Assembly: GCA_002688175.1 (NCBI GenBank)
Contig: NZCC01000024.1
Span: forward strand, 18,126 to 82,125
Direction of reading: 5' to 3'
Length of the DNA: 64,000 nucleotides
Source of the DNA: Chromatiales bacterium
GTDB lineage: Bacteria; Pseudomonadota; Gammaproteobacteria; Steroidobacterales; GCA-2729495
The translations under genes were made by a program, and so were the position numbers. Within the stretch, counting starts at the first letter, position 1; each line of letters opens with the position of its first letter. The notes beneath the pieces are model-generated. The model did no database searches and was not told the origin of the DNA. It saw only the letters and a list, made by a program, of their open reading frames with translations. Below, in pieces: positions 31,801 to 37,433 of this stretch.

Positions 31801-32494
31801 CAAACAGCCGGGCGGGATCAGTCCGCAATTCTGGTGGCACGATGACGAGTCGGCCGCCGTGACACAAAGCGCCCCAGATTTCCCAAACCGAATATCCGAA
31901 CGATAACGGATGAAACATCGTCCAGACATCACCGGCATCAATATCGAGCCGGGCACCGATATCGTCAAACAGGGGAGCCAGATTTCCGTGAGTGACCATG
32001 ACACCTTTCGGTGCACCGGTCGAACCGGAGGTGAACATGACGTAACACAGATCATCAGAGGCGACGGGCATGTGCGGATCATCACTACCGGATGCCTTGA
32101 CCGGATCACTGTCCGCGTAAATGAGTTGTGCCGCGTGACCGGGCAGATCGGCCGCCGCCGTGGGCTGCGTAATGATAACGGCCGGTTCGGCCAGCTCGAG
32201 GATCTGCGCCAGCCGGTTAGTCGGCAGATCCGGATTCATCGGTACATAAGCACCGCCGGCCTTCATGATACCCAGCATCGCGGCAATCAGTTCAGCCCCT
32301 GGCGGCAGGTGCAGCCCCACGCGGACCTCGGCCACGACACCCGCCCCGATCAACGCATGCGCGAACTGGTTCGCCAGTGTATTTAAATCACCATAGGTCA
32401 GATGTCGCTCGCCGATAGTCAAGGCAACCACATACGGCCGCGACGCGGCGTGATTCTCGAATGACTCGTGCAGCAACATATCTATACCCGGCAC
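19886..32494 (-). CDS. nonribosomal peptide synthetase, modules 1-4: A(embedded MT)-T-C-A-T-C-A-T-C-A-T
   Basis: 4202 aa and no N-terminal C domain. A1: FTSGSTGAPKGV (154-165), SFGYSVWE (198-205), GRTDEQIKLRGYRIEPGEI (413-431), then a ~370-aa insert, then LPEYMLP (845-851), NHKLDR (865-870). T1: FFDLGGDS (914-921). C: HHIIADGLS (1122-1130). A2: YTSGSTGMPKGA. T2: FFDSGGHS. C: HHIVSDGLS (2212-2220). A3: FTSGSTGTPKAV. T3: FFDRGGHS. C: HHIIADGWS (3280-3288). A4: YTSGSTGAPKGV. T4: FFALGGHS (4136-4143). Confidence 0.95.
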   Translation of the reverse strand: MPGIDMLLHESFENHAASRPYVVALTIGERHLTYGDLNTLANQFAHALIGAGVVAEVRVGLHLPPGAELIAAMLGIMKAGGAYVPMNPDLPTNRLAQILELAEPAVIITQPTAAADLPGHAAQLIYADSDPVKASGSDDPHMPVASDDLCYVMFTSGSTGAPKGVMVTHGNLAPLFDDIGARLDIDAGDVWTMFHPLSFGYSVWEIWGALCHGGRLVIVPPELRTDPARLFALVCSQHVTMMSQTPSAFRQNLLSDIFADGIAATALRCVVLSGEAVDTEALQRWFRQHGDAEPRIVNTYAITETAGQLTFAACETADRSAGVAVGVGRPLAHAELVIISEECADQEWLPVPTGQAGELFVGGPSVARGYIGVEEQTSQRFITISIDGCQATRWYRTGDRARLTSEGELEFLGRTDEQIKLRGYRIEPGEIAAVLREHPAIDDAAVALRSDYGGEPRLVGYVVPHAGLLPEPATRPEFWPSVGPYQLYDEFLYDLMSSEAERLKSYREAFDRSVRGKVVLDIGTGEHALLARMCIDAGAHKVYAVEILEDAYRKARTLINDQGLADRIIVMQGDMASVDLPERVDVCTQGIIGNIGSADGIVPIWNSARRHFAPDCVPVPAHCRTLIAAVELPASLIADPAFSPVASRYAEQVFDRFDRRFDIRLCISDLPEAAIISAAHVFEDLDFTRELADASHGSARLKIARDARLDGYLVWTVVTTGGDTDVNYRRTQRAWLPVFFPLGETGDLFGVPVNEGDTIEVEWSIGIPAADSITGVPSIHPDYRVATSFATDNGQQANFEYRSRVEETALNSTPLYRALWHEASDHPDGDSLAHEPLRHWLAARLPEYMLPTAWVELEQLPLTSNHKLDRQALPAPERNSDVPGEPARDDLERDLVALWQDMLHVDNIGIQDNFFDLGGDSISAVRMTSALQRLLDDAVMLIALFDAPTVAGLGQYLREHHGTAIAVRYSGDASVADSVDSSPVPGNDDAPLSFQQQSFWVLNQLYPSMTGSNEQFVIPLDGSVDIKQLELAWNAVLERHEVLRTVFRETDIGVRQVVLPHKSVSIPVSILSPTNGDNGATQFMAAAQAAIGTSYDLTNGPLINACLYQLSARHSKLLVNAHHIIADGLSIRIIRDELAQRYESPGYREVDQPLPALMQYCDYSIHQRAESHGDGWERDLDFWRGALQDAPDRTALPSRAVTVAEDQWHGNQSRIGFVIDAATADSVRALSRQSNATLFMTLLAAFRVLLTRYSGQHDIVIGSPVTSRDTAMTQDMVGCLVNNVMFRNQLADGESFADVLVRERASALAALQHAGVPFERVVEALHPRRRFGEHPLFQILFLYEDAFERTRQGGELRFGLETLNTSRSSYWDIEFSVSDFGDDGVIRGYVGYSTARFDDAFARSIPAHYARLLRGIVSDPRILVGSLGLLEPGQRSKILVDWNDTRRHYPGPGKLHERFAVQVERSPDAIALIDDDKSLSYRELAARVQRVAGKLYERGIGPGDLVGVGIGRSVELVVGIIATLKTGAAYVPLDPNYPSLRLQFIVAQTGLQMILTDGCLPRSVSGTLDTIHLDEIDWSRPGVDTVVSDIEGDSADAAYVLYTSGSTGMPKGAIGLHGGAVNRCEWMWHEYGFTVDDVFCLRASPCFVDSVWEIFGPLTHGATLRVIADVDVSDPARLVERLGEQVVGKTVSHIVVVPSLLSALLDIDARLGRRLPGLHTWITSGEPLRPELLRRFRRACPGMTLLNTYGTSEIWDATCFDTSLWDEDETIVPIGKPIGNVRTYVLDALLQPVPIGVVGELYVSGAGLGAGYLNQPELNTKQFVPDPFSVTDGRAGGSGQLYRTGDLARYRPDGLLECLGRTDRQIKLRGFRIEPDEIATVIRDHPGISDACVVLRQRPGSEPLLVGYWQSADAGFTDTGISPVEALRSFLRTRLPDYMLPGMLIEVDRMPLTPSGKIDLQALPKLLSADVGEQRQPVEFVAPGTETEHAVAVLWREILGLNRVGLHDDFFDSGGHSLSATRLLARIRARFDLGLNLAQFFDAPTIVGVARHIDEHLQQQANQANVDAAADVIKLGWFERGDRLPLSFAQERLWFLNELDPDSPVYNIAFTIHLSGELNLDALQSVVDLLVQRHEILRTRFLSTDGRPYQEVLPDQRVPIRSEDLTGCDAREWERRLAELSAQSFVLDRGPLLRLDVLQGDPQKFLLLVVIHHIVSDGLSNGIFIDELATLYGCIADGREPALPTLPIQYADFSLWQRQGIKRPELDAQLNYWIEQLRDVPPALELPTDRPRPAEQMFRGAWLWRELSGERAETLRVFGRRHRCTLFMVLLGAFDVLLSRYSGQTDIVVGSPIAGRSWYELDGLIGLFVNTVALRTDLADNPTFSTLLTRVRRTTLDSQANQDLPFERLVESLRPDRTLSHAPVFQVMFNMTPIPDRTRNVAGVRMRNGRLQDHGVSTFDLTLNVGERADGLDLVFEYDRDLFDRQTIEQIATHFDYLLNAIVDTAETPVAALPLWPPEERAVLLDILNSPVGQNSNVQSDGKQSVHAQSVLALFESWVDRQPAALAVECEHIRLTYAELDRQANCVAGQLHAFGIEPGAYIAVCLERSVDLLVAVLGVLKAGCAYVPLDAGYPAARLADMFTVVQPRALITQVTAASALSFVSVPTILLDEDRVSLMRGALNRPDYQPLLTDPAYALFTSGSTGTPKAVAVTHGNLAAIFSAWQDTYALTADDRHLQMASFSFDVFTGDWVRALCSGGSLVLCPRFDLLEPARLFALLRDRHVTCAEFVPVVLRELLAWLAQSDADLAFMRLIAVGSDSWYGSEYAALATVAGPHTRVINSYGTAETTIDSIFFEALGDMKKHVMDEGFVPIGRPFAGSRVYVCDPGLRLVPPGVPGELCIGGAGVASGYIGEPELTAERFITDPFVPGGRLYRTGDRARYHSDGTLVLLGRMDRQVKLRGFRIELGDIEAALSRQPDIAAAAVIIDNVEKDRRLVAFIVPASGPISIDALRVALRGLMPDYMVPALFVELDTLPITSNGKVDRNRLPVPEQVSRHATACVEPSGPVEAVLLELYRDVLGISDIGVHDSFFDRGGHSLLATQLVSRIRDVLNTELPLRALFEDPTIAGLVAAIGRQVGGAPPPLHPLPRHASYTAPVSLMQQRLWFLALLEPDNPAYHLHWSVRLTGALDRSALSQAVDALVARHDSLRTTIGVPERAPEVEPLQHIAGRKSVRVEYPGSSRRLEDLIALPFDLSSGPLLRVHLLESESDQHILLLVIHHIIADGWSLSVLFDELSQAYNAYRCDEVPGWEVPGSAGLPVQYADYAIWQRKWLTGTELARQTDYWCNHLAEAPELLELPIDRPRPALQTHAGAWFELTIPAGLTAALHGVGRAENCTLFMVLMAAFDIALARFAGTTDVIVGTPIAGRSRTELEGLIGFFVNTLVIRASVDGNPTIRELLGRVKQTALDAYAHQDLPFEKLVEVLRPRRSRSYNPIVQALFAVHNQPVNPFAPDGLEVESINVSSNTAKFDLSVHVADRGGELQCGFGYNPDLFDVATIEAFADYYETILTAVSRDVGVRLSELGTVPVSIAEPDWTDNLVERFASQVHRAPQAIAVRTTDTALSYGELNALANGVAQQLLSLSLSSDARPPRIGLLCCYDERLVAGLLGVLKAGYTWVPLDPAWPAARLATIATDAGLAAIVTDPQHRQQAEGLCGAQLSPALLVDIAECRAAGDPVVNIAADTLACIIYTSGSTGAPKGVMQTHSGVVIQVGRYSKALRLRPSDQLSGLSGYAYDAAIQDIFGALLTGATICPLVVRSSGQHLFEQSIVVEQLATAAISVMHATPSLFRYLLSSYDSGSNVCDLSSVRTVVLGGEPVLRSDFELYRKYFARGTQFVNGLGLTESTVALQFMADHDTPLHGQQVPLGMPVAGLEVDLIDESGASSWYGEIVLSGTGLSPGYWGQTTLNTQRSGSVSSLRTGDIAYRRPDGQIVFVGRRDEQVNVRGYRVELAEIEATLSALRGVADSAARIWQRDDDLWLAAYVVAAPGVELQVDDLRAALAERLPAYMLPQSFDCLEMLPRLTSGKLARHELPAPRRARVAEPETARTALEVELVSIWSDLLQLETLGVNDDFFALGGHSLLATRVIARIRDQLDLEIPLAGLFDAPTVAGLVVLIETIRQDHPVPALTRIPRKNRRSS
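29975..31087 (-). other. PRMT-fold SAM methyltransferase domain inserted between adenylation motifs A8 and A9 of NRPS module 1
   Basis: About res 470-840 of the 4202-aa NRPS. GKVVLDIGTGEHALLARMCIDAGAHKVYAVE...RIIVMQGDMASVDLPERVDVCTQG...RRHFAPDCVPVPAHCRTLIAAVE, then a beta-barrel-like segment (RAWLPVFFPL...GDTIEVEW). This is collinear with protein arginine methyltransferase motifs I, post-I, II, III and the THW loop. Boundaries are approximate. Confidence 0.7.
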
Positions 32495-33225
32495 TCAAGA
32501 CCGATGACCGGCGGATTGTCCAGATACTCCTGCCAGTAATCGACACCGTGCGCCTCGATACCGGCCGGATCGAGCATGAGCGGATGCCATGCAACGCGGC
32601 CAAAACCGACATCGGTCAACACTTGTTCATAAGTCTGCCGTGCATAGTAATGCGCATGAAACTTAAACAGTTCACGTCCGGCGACCATGAAGTAGGTAAT
32701 CTGCGCGCCATCGGTTGCAGGCTTGTCGATTGTCTTGTTGAAACCATATTGCTCATAACCGCCATACTGTCCGGCCGCCTGATCAGGATTTTCATTGAGC
32801 GTTACAAAACGACCGGTCACAGACATATGGCGCTTTATATTGCGGCACATGCGCACAAGATCGGTGCAGCTCGGTGCGTAGTGCAACAGGTAGGCTGCAA
32901 CGATAACGTCAAACTCGCCGAGATCATCAAGCTCGCATACATCTGCACAGACAAAATCTATGCCCTGCGGATCATTGCGTTCCTGTTGTTCCGCCAGGCG
33001 AATCATCTCAACGGAGATATCGACACCGGTAACACTTGCAGCCCCGAGCGCCTTCAGGCGGCGCGAATAAAAACCTTCACCGCAAGCCAGATCCAGTACT
33101 CGCTTGCCACGAACATCGCCGATAAGATTTAAAAAGGTGTAGGCCTCGATGTATGCCCGCAGCGGCGATGATTTTGACCGCCGATATTGTTCGGCGATGG
33201 CATCGTACTGGCTTGCGCTTGGCAT
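32482..33225 (-). CDS. class I SAM-dependent small-molecule methyltransferase
   Basis: GKRVLDLACGEGFYSRRL (motif I), VTGVDIS, FDVIVAAYLLHY, plus a ~100-aa C-terminal cap. I prefer the Met at 33225 (MPSASQYDAIAEQY). The ORF-track start at 33282 would overlap the deaminase by 40 nt. The 3' end overlaps the NRPS start by 13 nt. Confidence 0.8.
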   Translation of the reverse strand: MPSASQYDAIAEQYRRSKSSPLRAYIEAYTFLNLIGDVRGKRVLDLACGEGFYSRRLKALGAASVTGVDISVEMIRLAEQQERNDPQGIDFVCADVCELDDLGEFDVIVAAYLLHYAPSCTDLVRMCRNIKRHMSVTGRFVTLNENPDQAAGQYGGYEQYGFNKTIDKPATDGAQITYFMVAGRELFKFHAHYYARQTYEQVLTDVGFGRVAWHPLMLDPAGIEAHGVDYWQEYLDNPPVIGLECRV

Positions 33226-33242
33226 TAGCTGACCGAACCAAC

Positions 33243-33722
33243 CTATCGACCGCCGGACCACGTTACAATCAGCGCACGACATTCCGCTGCAAGGCAGCCG
33301 CCTTCGAGTTTCAGCGGCACGAAGTTACCGGGCGATGTAGCCAGTTCGTTGCCGGTGACGGCATTCATGTCAGCAATCCCGGCCCCATAAACTATTCTGC
33401 TGACCCCGGCATAGTGACAGGCCGTCTGGCACATCAAGCAGGGTTCAACGGTTACGTACAACGTGCATCCGCTCAGATCGAGCTTGCGCAGCTGACGACA
33501 TGCCTCGCGAATAACCCGCATTTCGGCATGTGCGGTGATATCAAGTTCACCGATTACGGCATTACTCAGTGTTACAACAATCTCGCCATCCGCAACCAGG
33601 CACGCACCTACCGGTGGTTCGCCGGCCAGCATACCGCGTCGTGCTGCTTCAAGCGCCGCCAGCATGAAAACATCATGCGACGATGCACCGCTGGCAACCC
33701 CGGCTGTATCGACATCAATCAT
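33243..33722 (-). CDS. CDA-fold zinc deaminase, guanine-deaminase/TadA-like
   Basis: About 160 aa from Met at 33722 (MIDVDTAG...). Zn motifs [13 protein letters not shown] and [11 protein letters not shown]. The start overlaps the queD stop by 8 nt. Confidence 0.8.
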   Translation of the reverse strand: MIDVDTAGVASGASSHDVFMLAALEAARRGMLAGEPPVGACLVADGEIVVTLSNAVIGELDITAHAEMRVIREACRQLRKLDLSGCTLYVTVEPCLMCQTACHYAGVSRIVYGAGIADMNAVTGNELATSPGNFVPLKLEGGCLAAECRALIVTWSGGR

Positions 33723-34089
33723 CGGGGCCCCGGTAGATGCATCCGGATGTACAGGTTTCGTTAATGACCACCCGTGACAATTGCGGCAGATCGGGCTTGA
33801 GGTGATCCCAAATCCATTTTGCCAGCACTTCACTCGTCGGGTTTTCCAGGCCCTCTATGTCATTCAGATAGTTATGATCAAGCTGCTCGAACAAAGGGGC
33901 AAACAATTTCTTGATATCCCCGTAATCCATAATCCAGCCAGACTCGGGATCGATATCACCGGCAACATAAATCCCACTCTTCCACGAATGGCCATGCAAA
34001 CGGGCGCACTTGTGCCCCGGTGGGACTCGCGGCAACCGATGTGCCGCCTCAAACATAAATTCTTTATATATTTCCATGCATATCTCCAA
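33715..34089 (-). CDS. queD: 6-carboxy-5,6,7,8-tetrahydropterin synthase (QueD/PTPS family)
   Basis: 124 aa, collinear with E. coli QueD as I remember it. [59 protein letters not shown]. Confidence 0.9.
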   Translation of the reverse strand: MEICMEIYKEFMFEAAHRLPRVPPGHKCARLHGHSWKSGIYVAGDIDPESGWIMDYGDIKKLFAPLFEQLDHNYLNDIEGLENPTSEVLAKWIWDHLKPDLPQLSRVVINETCTSGCIYRGPDD

Positions 34090-34324
34090 CCCCGCCCATC
34101 ACCGGGAGTCACATAACAAGCTTCGATGGCAGGGTCGTTCCAGAGGCTCCGACGCTTTTTCTGTCGTTATTATCGTCCGGTCATAGCCGGAAGTGATATT
34201 TTGCATCAGTAACGGGGGTCGCGGCCACCGGGTAACGGCCATACCGGCTGAAATGCATAATTTGGACGACCGGTCGCGGGCAAGATACCATTCATCCTCG
34301 CTGTACAGACACAATAGAACACTT
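34090..34324. promoter_or_regulatory. divergent intergenic region shared by the queD-NRPS-folE string and the F420 operon
   Basis: 235 bp between the queD start (34089, minus) and the fno start (34325, plus). It contains the direct 8-mer ggtcgcgg at 34217-34224 and 34272-34279. No promoter was mapped. Confidence 0.4.
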
Positions 34325-34999
34325 ATGGAACAAATCGCTAACATCAAGACTATCAGCATCATCGGCGGCACCGGCGCACTCGGCACCGGGCTGGCCAGTC
34401 GCTGGGCCCGGGCCGGCTATCGGATCATCATCGGTTCCCGGCAGGCCGATAAAGCCGTCAACTCAGCAGCCGCTCTGCATAAGGATTTGCCGGATGCAGC
34501 GATTGAAGGACTGCAGAATCGTGCGGCAGCCGCGGCCGGCGATATTGTCATCATGACCGTACCGTTCGCACACCAGCGCCCGACCCTCGAGGATATTCGT
34601 AGCGAACTGGCCGGGAAAATCCTCATCGATACGACCGTACCGCTGGTTCCACCCAAGGTTGCACGGGTACAAATGCCCGCTGAAGGCTGCGCTGCACTGA
34701 TTGCACAGCAAATCGTCGGTGAAAATGTCACGGTAGTTTCCGCATTCCAGAACGTCGCAGCCGACCTGATGGCATCCGATACCGAGATGGGCTGCGATGT
34801 ACTCGTAGCCGGTGATAAACTCGCGGCTCGTGAAGTGGTCATACAACTGGCTGAACAAGCAAAATTTAAAGCCTGGCACGCCGGACCGCTCGCCAATTCG
34901 GGGGCCATGGAAGCACTGACGTCGGTGCTGATTTTCATTAACAAACGCTATCCCGGCAGCCACGCAGGCGTGCGCGTGACCGGAATCGCAACACCCTGA
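34325..34999 (+). CDS. fno: NADPH-dependent F420 reductase (F420H2:NADP+ oxidoreductase)
   Basis: About 224 aa from the ATG at 34325 (MEQIANIKTISIIGGTGALGTGLASRWARAGYRIIIGSR). This is the Rossmann fold typical of the Fno/NpdG family. The upstream part of the ORF-track frame is not protein-like. Confidence 0.75.
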   Translation: MEQIANIKTISIIGGTGALGTGLASRWARAGYRIIIGSRQADKAVNSAAALHKDLPDAAIEGLQNRAAAAAGDIVIMTVPFAHQRPTLEDIRSELAGKILIDTTVPLVPPKVARVQMPAEGCAALIAQQIVGENVTVVSAFQNVAADLMASDTEMGCDVLVAGDKLAAREVVIQLAEQAKFKAWHAGPLANSGAMEALTSVLIFINKRYPGSHAGVRVTGIATP

Positions 35000-35009
35000 T
35001 CCGGATTCG

Positions 35010-35777
35010 ATGATGCCGACACCGGCGCTGACCTTTTTCCCACTCCCTGATCTGCCGCTGATCGAACCGGGCAGCGGCCTGGCTGCGCTCATCATCGAGC
35101 ACCTCGGCAAGGCCGGACTTGCGCCGCAAGATGGTGATGTGTTGGCAATTGCACAAAAAATTATCTCCAAGGCCGAAGATTGTTTCGTCGACCTGAAAGA
35201 CATCGAACCCTCACCGGAAGCTCTCAAGCTGGCCTATAGCACAGAGAAAGACCCGCGACTCGCCGAACTAATACTGCGTGAGTCGGCACGCATCGTACGC
35301 GACACGCCCGGAGTCCTGATCGTCGAACACCACCTCGGTATTGTGCTTGCCAATGCCGGTATCGACCGATCCAACGTCAACAACGATGAAGATACCGTGC
35401 TGCTCCTGCCTGACGACCCGGATGCATCGGCCCGGCAATTGAAGGCAACGCTCGATGCACACTTTGGCATCCACCTCGGTATCGTCATTACCGACAGCGT
35501 CGGCCGGCCGTGGCGGCTCGGCACAACCGGGATTGCGATCGGCTGCGCAGGCCTTGAGGCCATGCATGACATGCGCGGGCGGACTGATATGTTTGGCCGC
35601 GTGTTACAGGTAGCTGAAGTTGCGACAGCAGACTGCATCGCCGGTACCGCGACATTACTCATGGGTGAAGGTGCTGAAGCCATCCCGGTGGTACTGATCA
35701 GAGGCCTTAAGGCCGGCGAGTCGACACAATCAGCAAAAATAATTGTGCGCCCCGCAGACGAAAACCTGTTCGAGTGA
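35010..35777 (+). CDS. cofE: coenzyme F420-0:L-glutamate ligase (single-domain CofE)
   Basis: 255 aa. DGDVLAIAQKIISKAE, IVEHHLGIVLANAGIDRSN, ITDSVGRPWRLG. No C-terminal nitroreductase domain. Confidence 0.85.
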   Translation: MMPTPALTFFPLPDLPLIEPGSGLAALIIEHLGKAGLAPQDGDVLAIAQKIISKAEDCFVDLKDIEPSPEALKLAYSTEKDPRLAELILRESARIVRDTPGVLIVEHHLGIVLANAGIDRSNVNNDEDTVLLLPDDPDASARQLKATLDAHFGIHLGIVITDSVGRPWRLGTTGIAIGCAGLEAMHDMRGRTDMFGRVLQVAEVATADCIAGTATLLMGEGAEAIPVVLIRGLKAGESTQSAKIIVRPADENLFE

Positions 35778-36745
35778 ACTTCCAGCACGGCAATATCGTC
35801 GCGCTGACCGGTGGAGTCGGTGGCGCCAAGCTGGTCCTCGGCCTGAGCCAGATTCTTAAAGCGACGCAACTGACCGCGATCGTCAATACTGGCGATGATT
35901 TCACCCACCTCGGCCTGCCGATCAGCCCGGATCTTGACACGCTGATGTACACACTGGCCGGGTTGGTAAACCCTGATACCGGCTGGGGTTGTAACGACGA
36001 AACCTGGAGTTTCATGCAGGCACTGGAACAACTGGATGCTGAAACCTGGTTCCGGATTGGTGACCGCGACCTGGCTACTCATGTCATCCGCGCACAGTTA
36101 CTGGCTGAACCGGCAACACTGACACAGGTCACACAAGCCCTGTGTCAACGCCTGTCGATTCACACCCGGATTTTACCGATGTCTGATACACCGGTCAGGA
36201 CACAAGTCGTGACTGACTGTGGTCGCCTCGACTTTCAACATTATTTCGTGCGCGATCGTGCTGAACCGGTCGTCAAACAACTTGAGTACGCCGGTGTCGA
36301 TAATGCCGCCCCATCGCCCGCAGCCCTGACCGCACTGCAGGATCCTGATCTGGCAGGCATTGTCATCGCACCGTCCAACCCCTATCTGTCAATCGACCCG
36401 ATCCTGGCCGTACCGGGCATGCGCGCCGCACTGCAGGCCGCCACCGCACCGATCGTCGCTGTATCGCCCATCGTCGGCGGCGCCGCACTCAAGGGCCCGG
36501 CCGCCAAAATTATGCGTGAACTCGGCATTGAACCTTCCGCAGCAGCCGTTTCCCGTCATTATGGTGACCTGCTCGACGGATTTATTGCTGATGAGCACGA
36601 TCGTGATATGGTTTCCACACCGGACCAACTAAACTTGCCGGTACAGATTTGCGACACCATCATGCATACACTTGACGATAAGATCAGGCTGGCACGTGCA
36701 ATTCTGGACTTCATCCAGTCAATTGACGTGAACCGGACGGAATAA
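35774..36745 (+). CDS. cofD: 2-phospho-L-lactate (LPPG):FO transferase
   Basis: 323 aa. ALTGGVGGAKL, NTGDDF, GDRDLATH. The GTG start overlaps the cofE stop (GTGA). Confidence 0.9.
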   Translation: MNFQHGNIVALTGGVGGAKLVLGLSQILKATQLTAIVNTGDDFTHLGLPISPDLDTLMYTLAGLVNPDTGWGCNDETWSFMQALEQLDAETWFRIGDRDLATHVIRAQLLAEPATLTQVTQALCQRLSIHTRILPMSDTPVRTQVVTDCGRLDFQHYFVRDRAEPVVKQLEYAGVDNAAPSPAALTALQDPDLAGIVIAPSNPYLSIDPILAVPGMRAALQAATAPIVAVSPIVGGAALKGPAAKIMRELGIEPSAAAVSRHYGDLLDGFIADEHDRDMVSTPDQLNLPVQICDTIMHTLDDKIRLARAILDFIQSIDVNRTE

Positions 36746-36749
36746 ACCA

Positions 36750-37433
36750 TTGCCAGATAACGCAACAACCTGGGCCCTCGTGCCGATCAAGAATTTCACC
36801 CGGGCCAAGAGCCGGCTTAGCACTGCCCTGAGCGCAGAACAGTGTGCGCAGCTGGCTACTTACATGGCTGCTGACGTAACCACCACGCTACGCAATTGCA
36901 CCGGCATTGGCCACGTCGTATGCCTGGGCGAAGATCCGCTGATCCGGACGTTCAGCACAGAACAAGACTGTGAATTCATTGCTGAACTGGAAGGTGCCGG
37001 ATTGTCTGCCAATCTGGATCATGCAGCCCGTCAGTTACAGGCCAACGGCGCACAAACGCTGTTAATCATACCGAGCGATCTACCGACCATCACCACTAAC
37101 GATGTTGATGCCTTGCTCAGGGAACATTGCGGTGGACTGACAATCTGTCCAGCCGGTCGGGACGGCGGCACCAATGCGCTGGTCATTTCACCGCCGACGG
37201 GGATCGGGTTTCTGTTTGGTGAGCAAAGTTGCGAGCGACATATTCTGGCAGCGAAAGCAGCAGGACTCGAACATCGGGTTACCTGCCCGACCGCATTCCA
37301 ATGCGATATCGATCGACCGACCGACCTTGTGCAACTGTGCAGCATCAACCCGATGGGGCACACGGGCAAATACCTCAGTCAGTCAGGGATTCGCAGTGCA
37401 TTTCGCCAGCCACCTTCGGTCGCCAGCGCATGA
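36750..37433 (+). CDS. cofC: phospholactate/PEP guanylyltransferase (CofC/FbiD)
   Basis: 227 aa. WALVPIKNFTRAKSRL, PSDLPTIT, GGTNAL. The ORF track implies a TTG start at 36750. Confidence 0.8.
   Translation: MPDNATTWALVPIKNFTRAKSRLSTALSAEQCAQLATYMAADVTTTLRNCTGIGHVVCLGEDPLIRTFSTEQDCEFIAELEGAGLSANLDHAARQLQANGAQTLLIIPSDLPTITTNDVDALLREHCGGLTICPAGRDGGTNALVISPPTGIGFLFGEQSCERHILAAKAAGLEHRVTCPTAFQCDIDRPTDLVQLCSINPMGHTGKYLSQSGIRSAFRQPPSVASA

Noticed and set aside
13530-32494. Dozens of 60-165-aa ORFs on both strands inside the NRPS genes, and the recurring sequence blocks there
   Set aside because: The ORFs are shadows within two continuous, motif-complete megasynthetase frames. The recurring blocks are C/A/T domain paralogy, not CRISPR or tandem repeats, since there is no short regular repeat-spacer periodicity.
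33715-34089. Reading queD (and folE) as part of a queuosine/7-deazaguanine operon
   Set aside because: No queC, queE, queF or tgt genes occur in the window, and queD is instead overlapped by the deaminase-MT-NRPS string. A housekeeping role cannot be excluded without the rest of the genome, so this stays as the main alternative in finding 1.
34463-36082. Long minus-strand ORFs (34463-35227, 35234-36082) opposite fno/cofE/cofD
   Set aside because: They are Ala/Ser/Arg/Pro-rich antisense shadows typical of GC-rich coding DNA. The plus-strand genes carry family motifs.
37229-37429. ORF-track start of fbiC at 37229
   Set aside because: The first 67 codons lie inside cofC in another frame and are not protein-like. 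The ATG at 37430 gives the usual ATGA coupling and a normal FbiC N-terminus.
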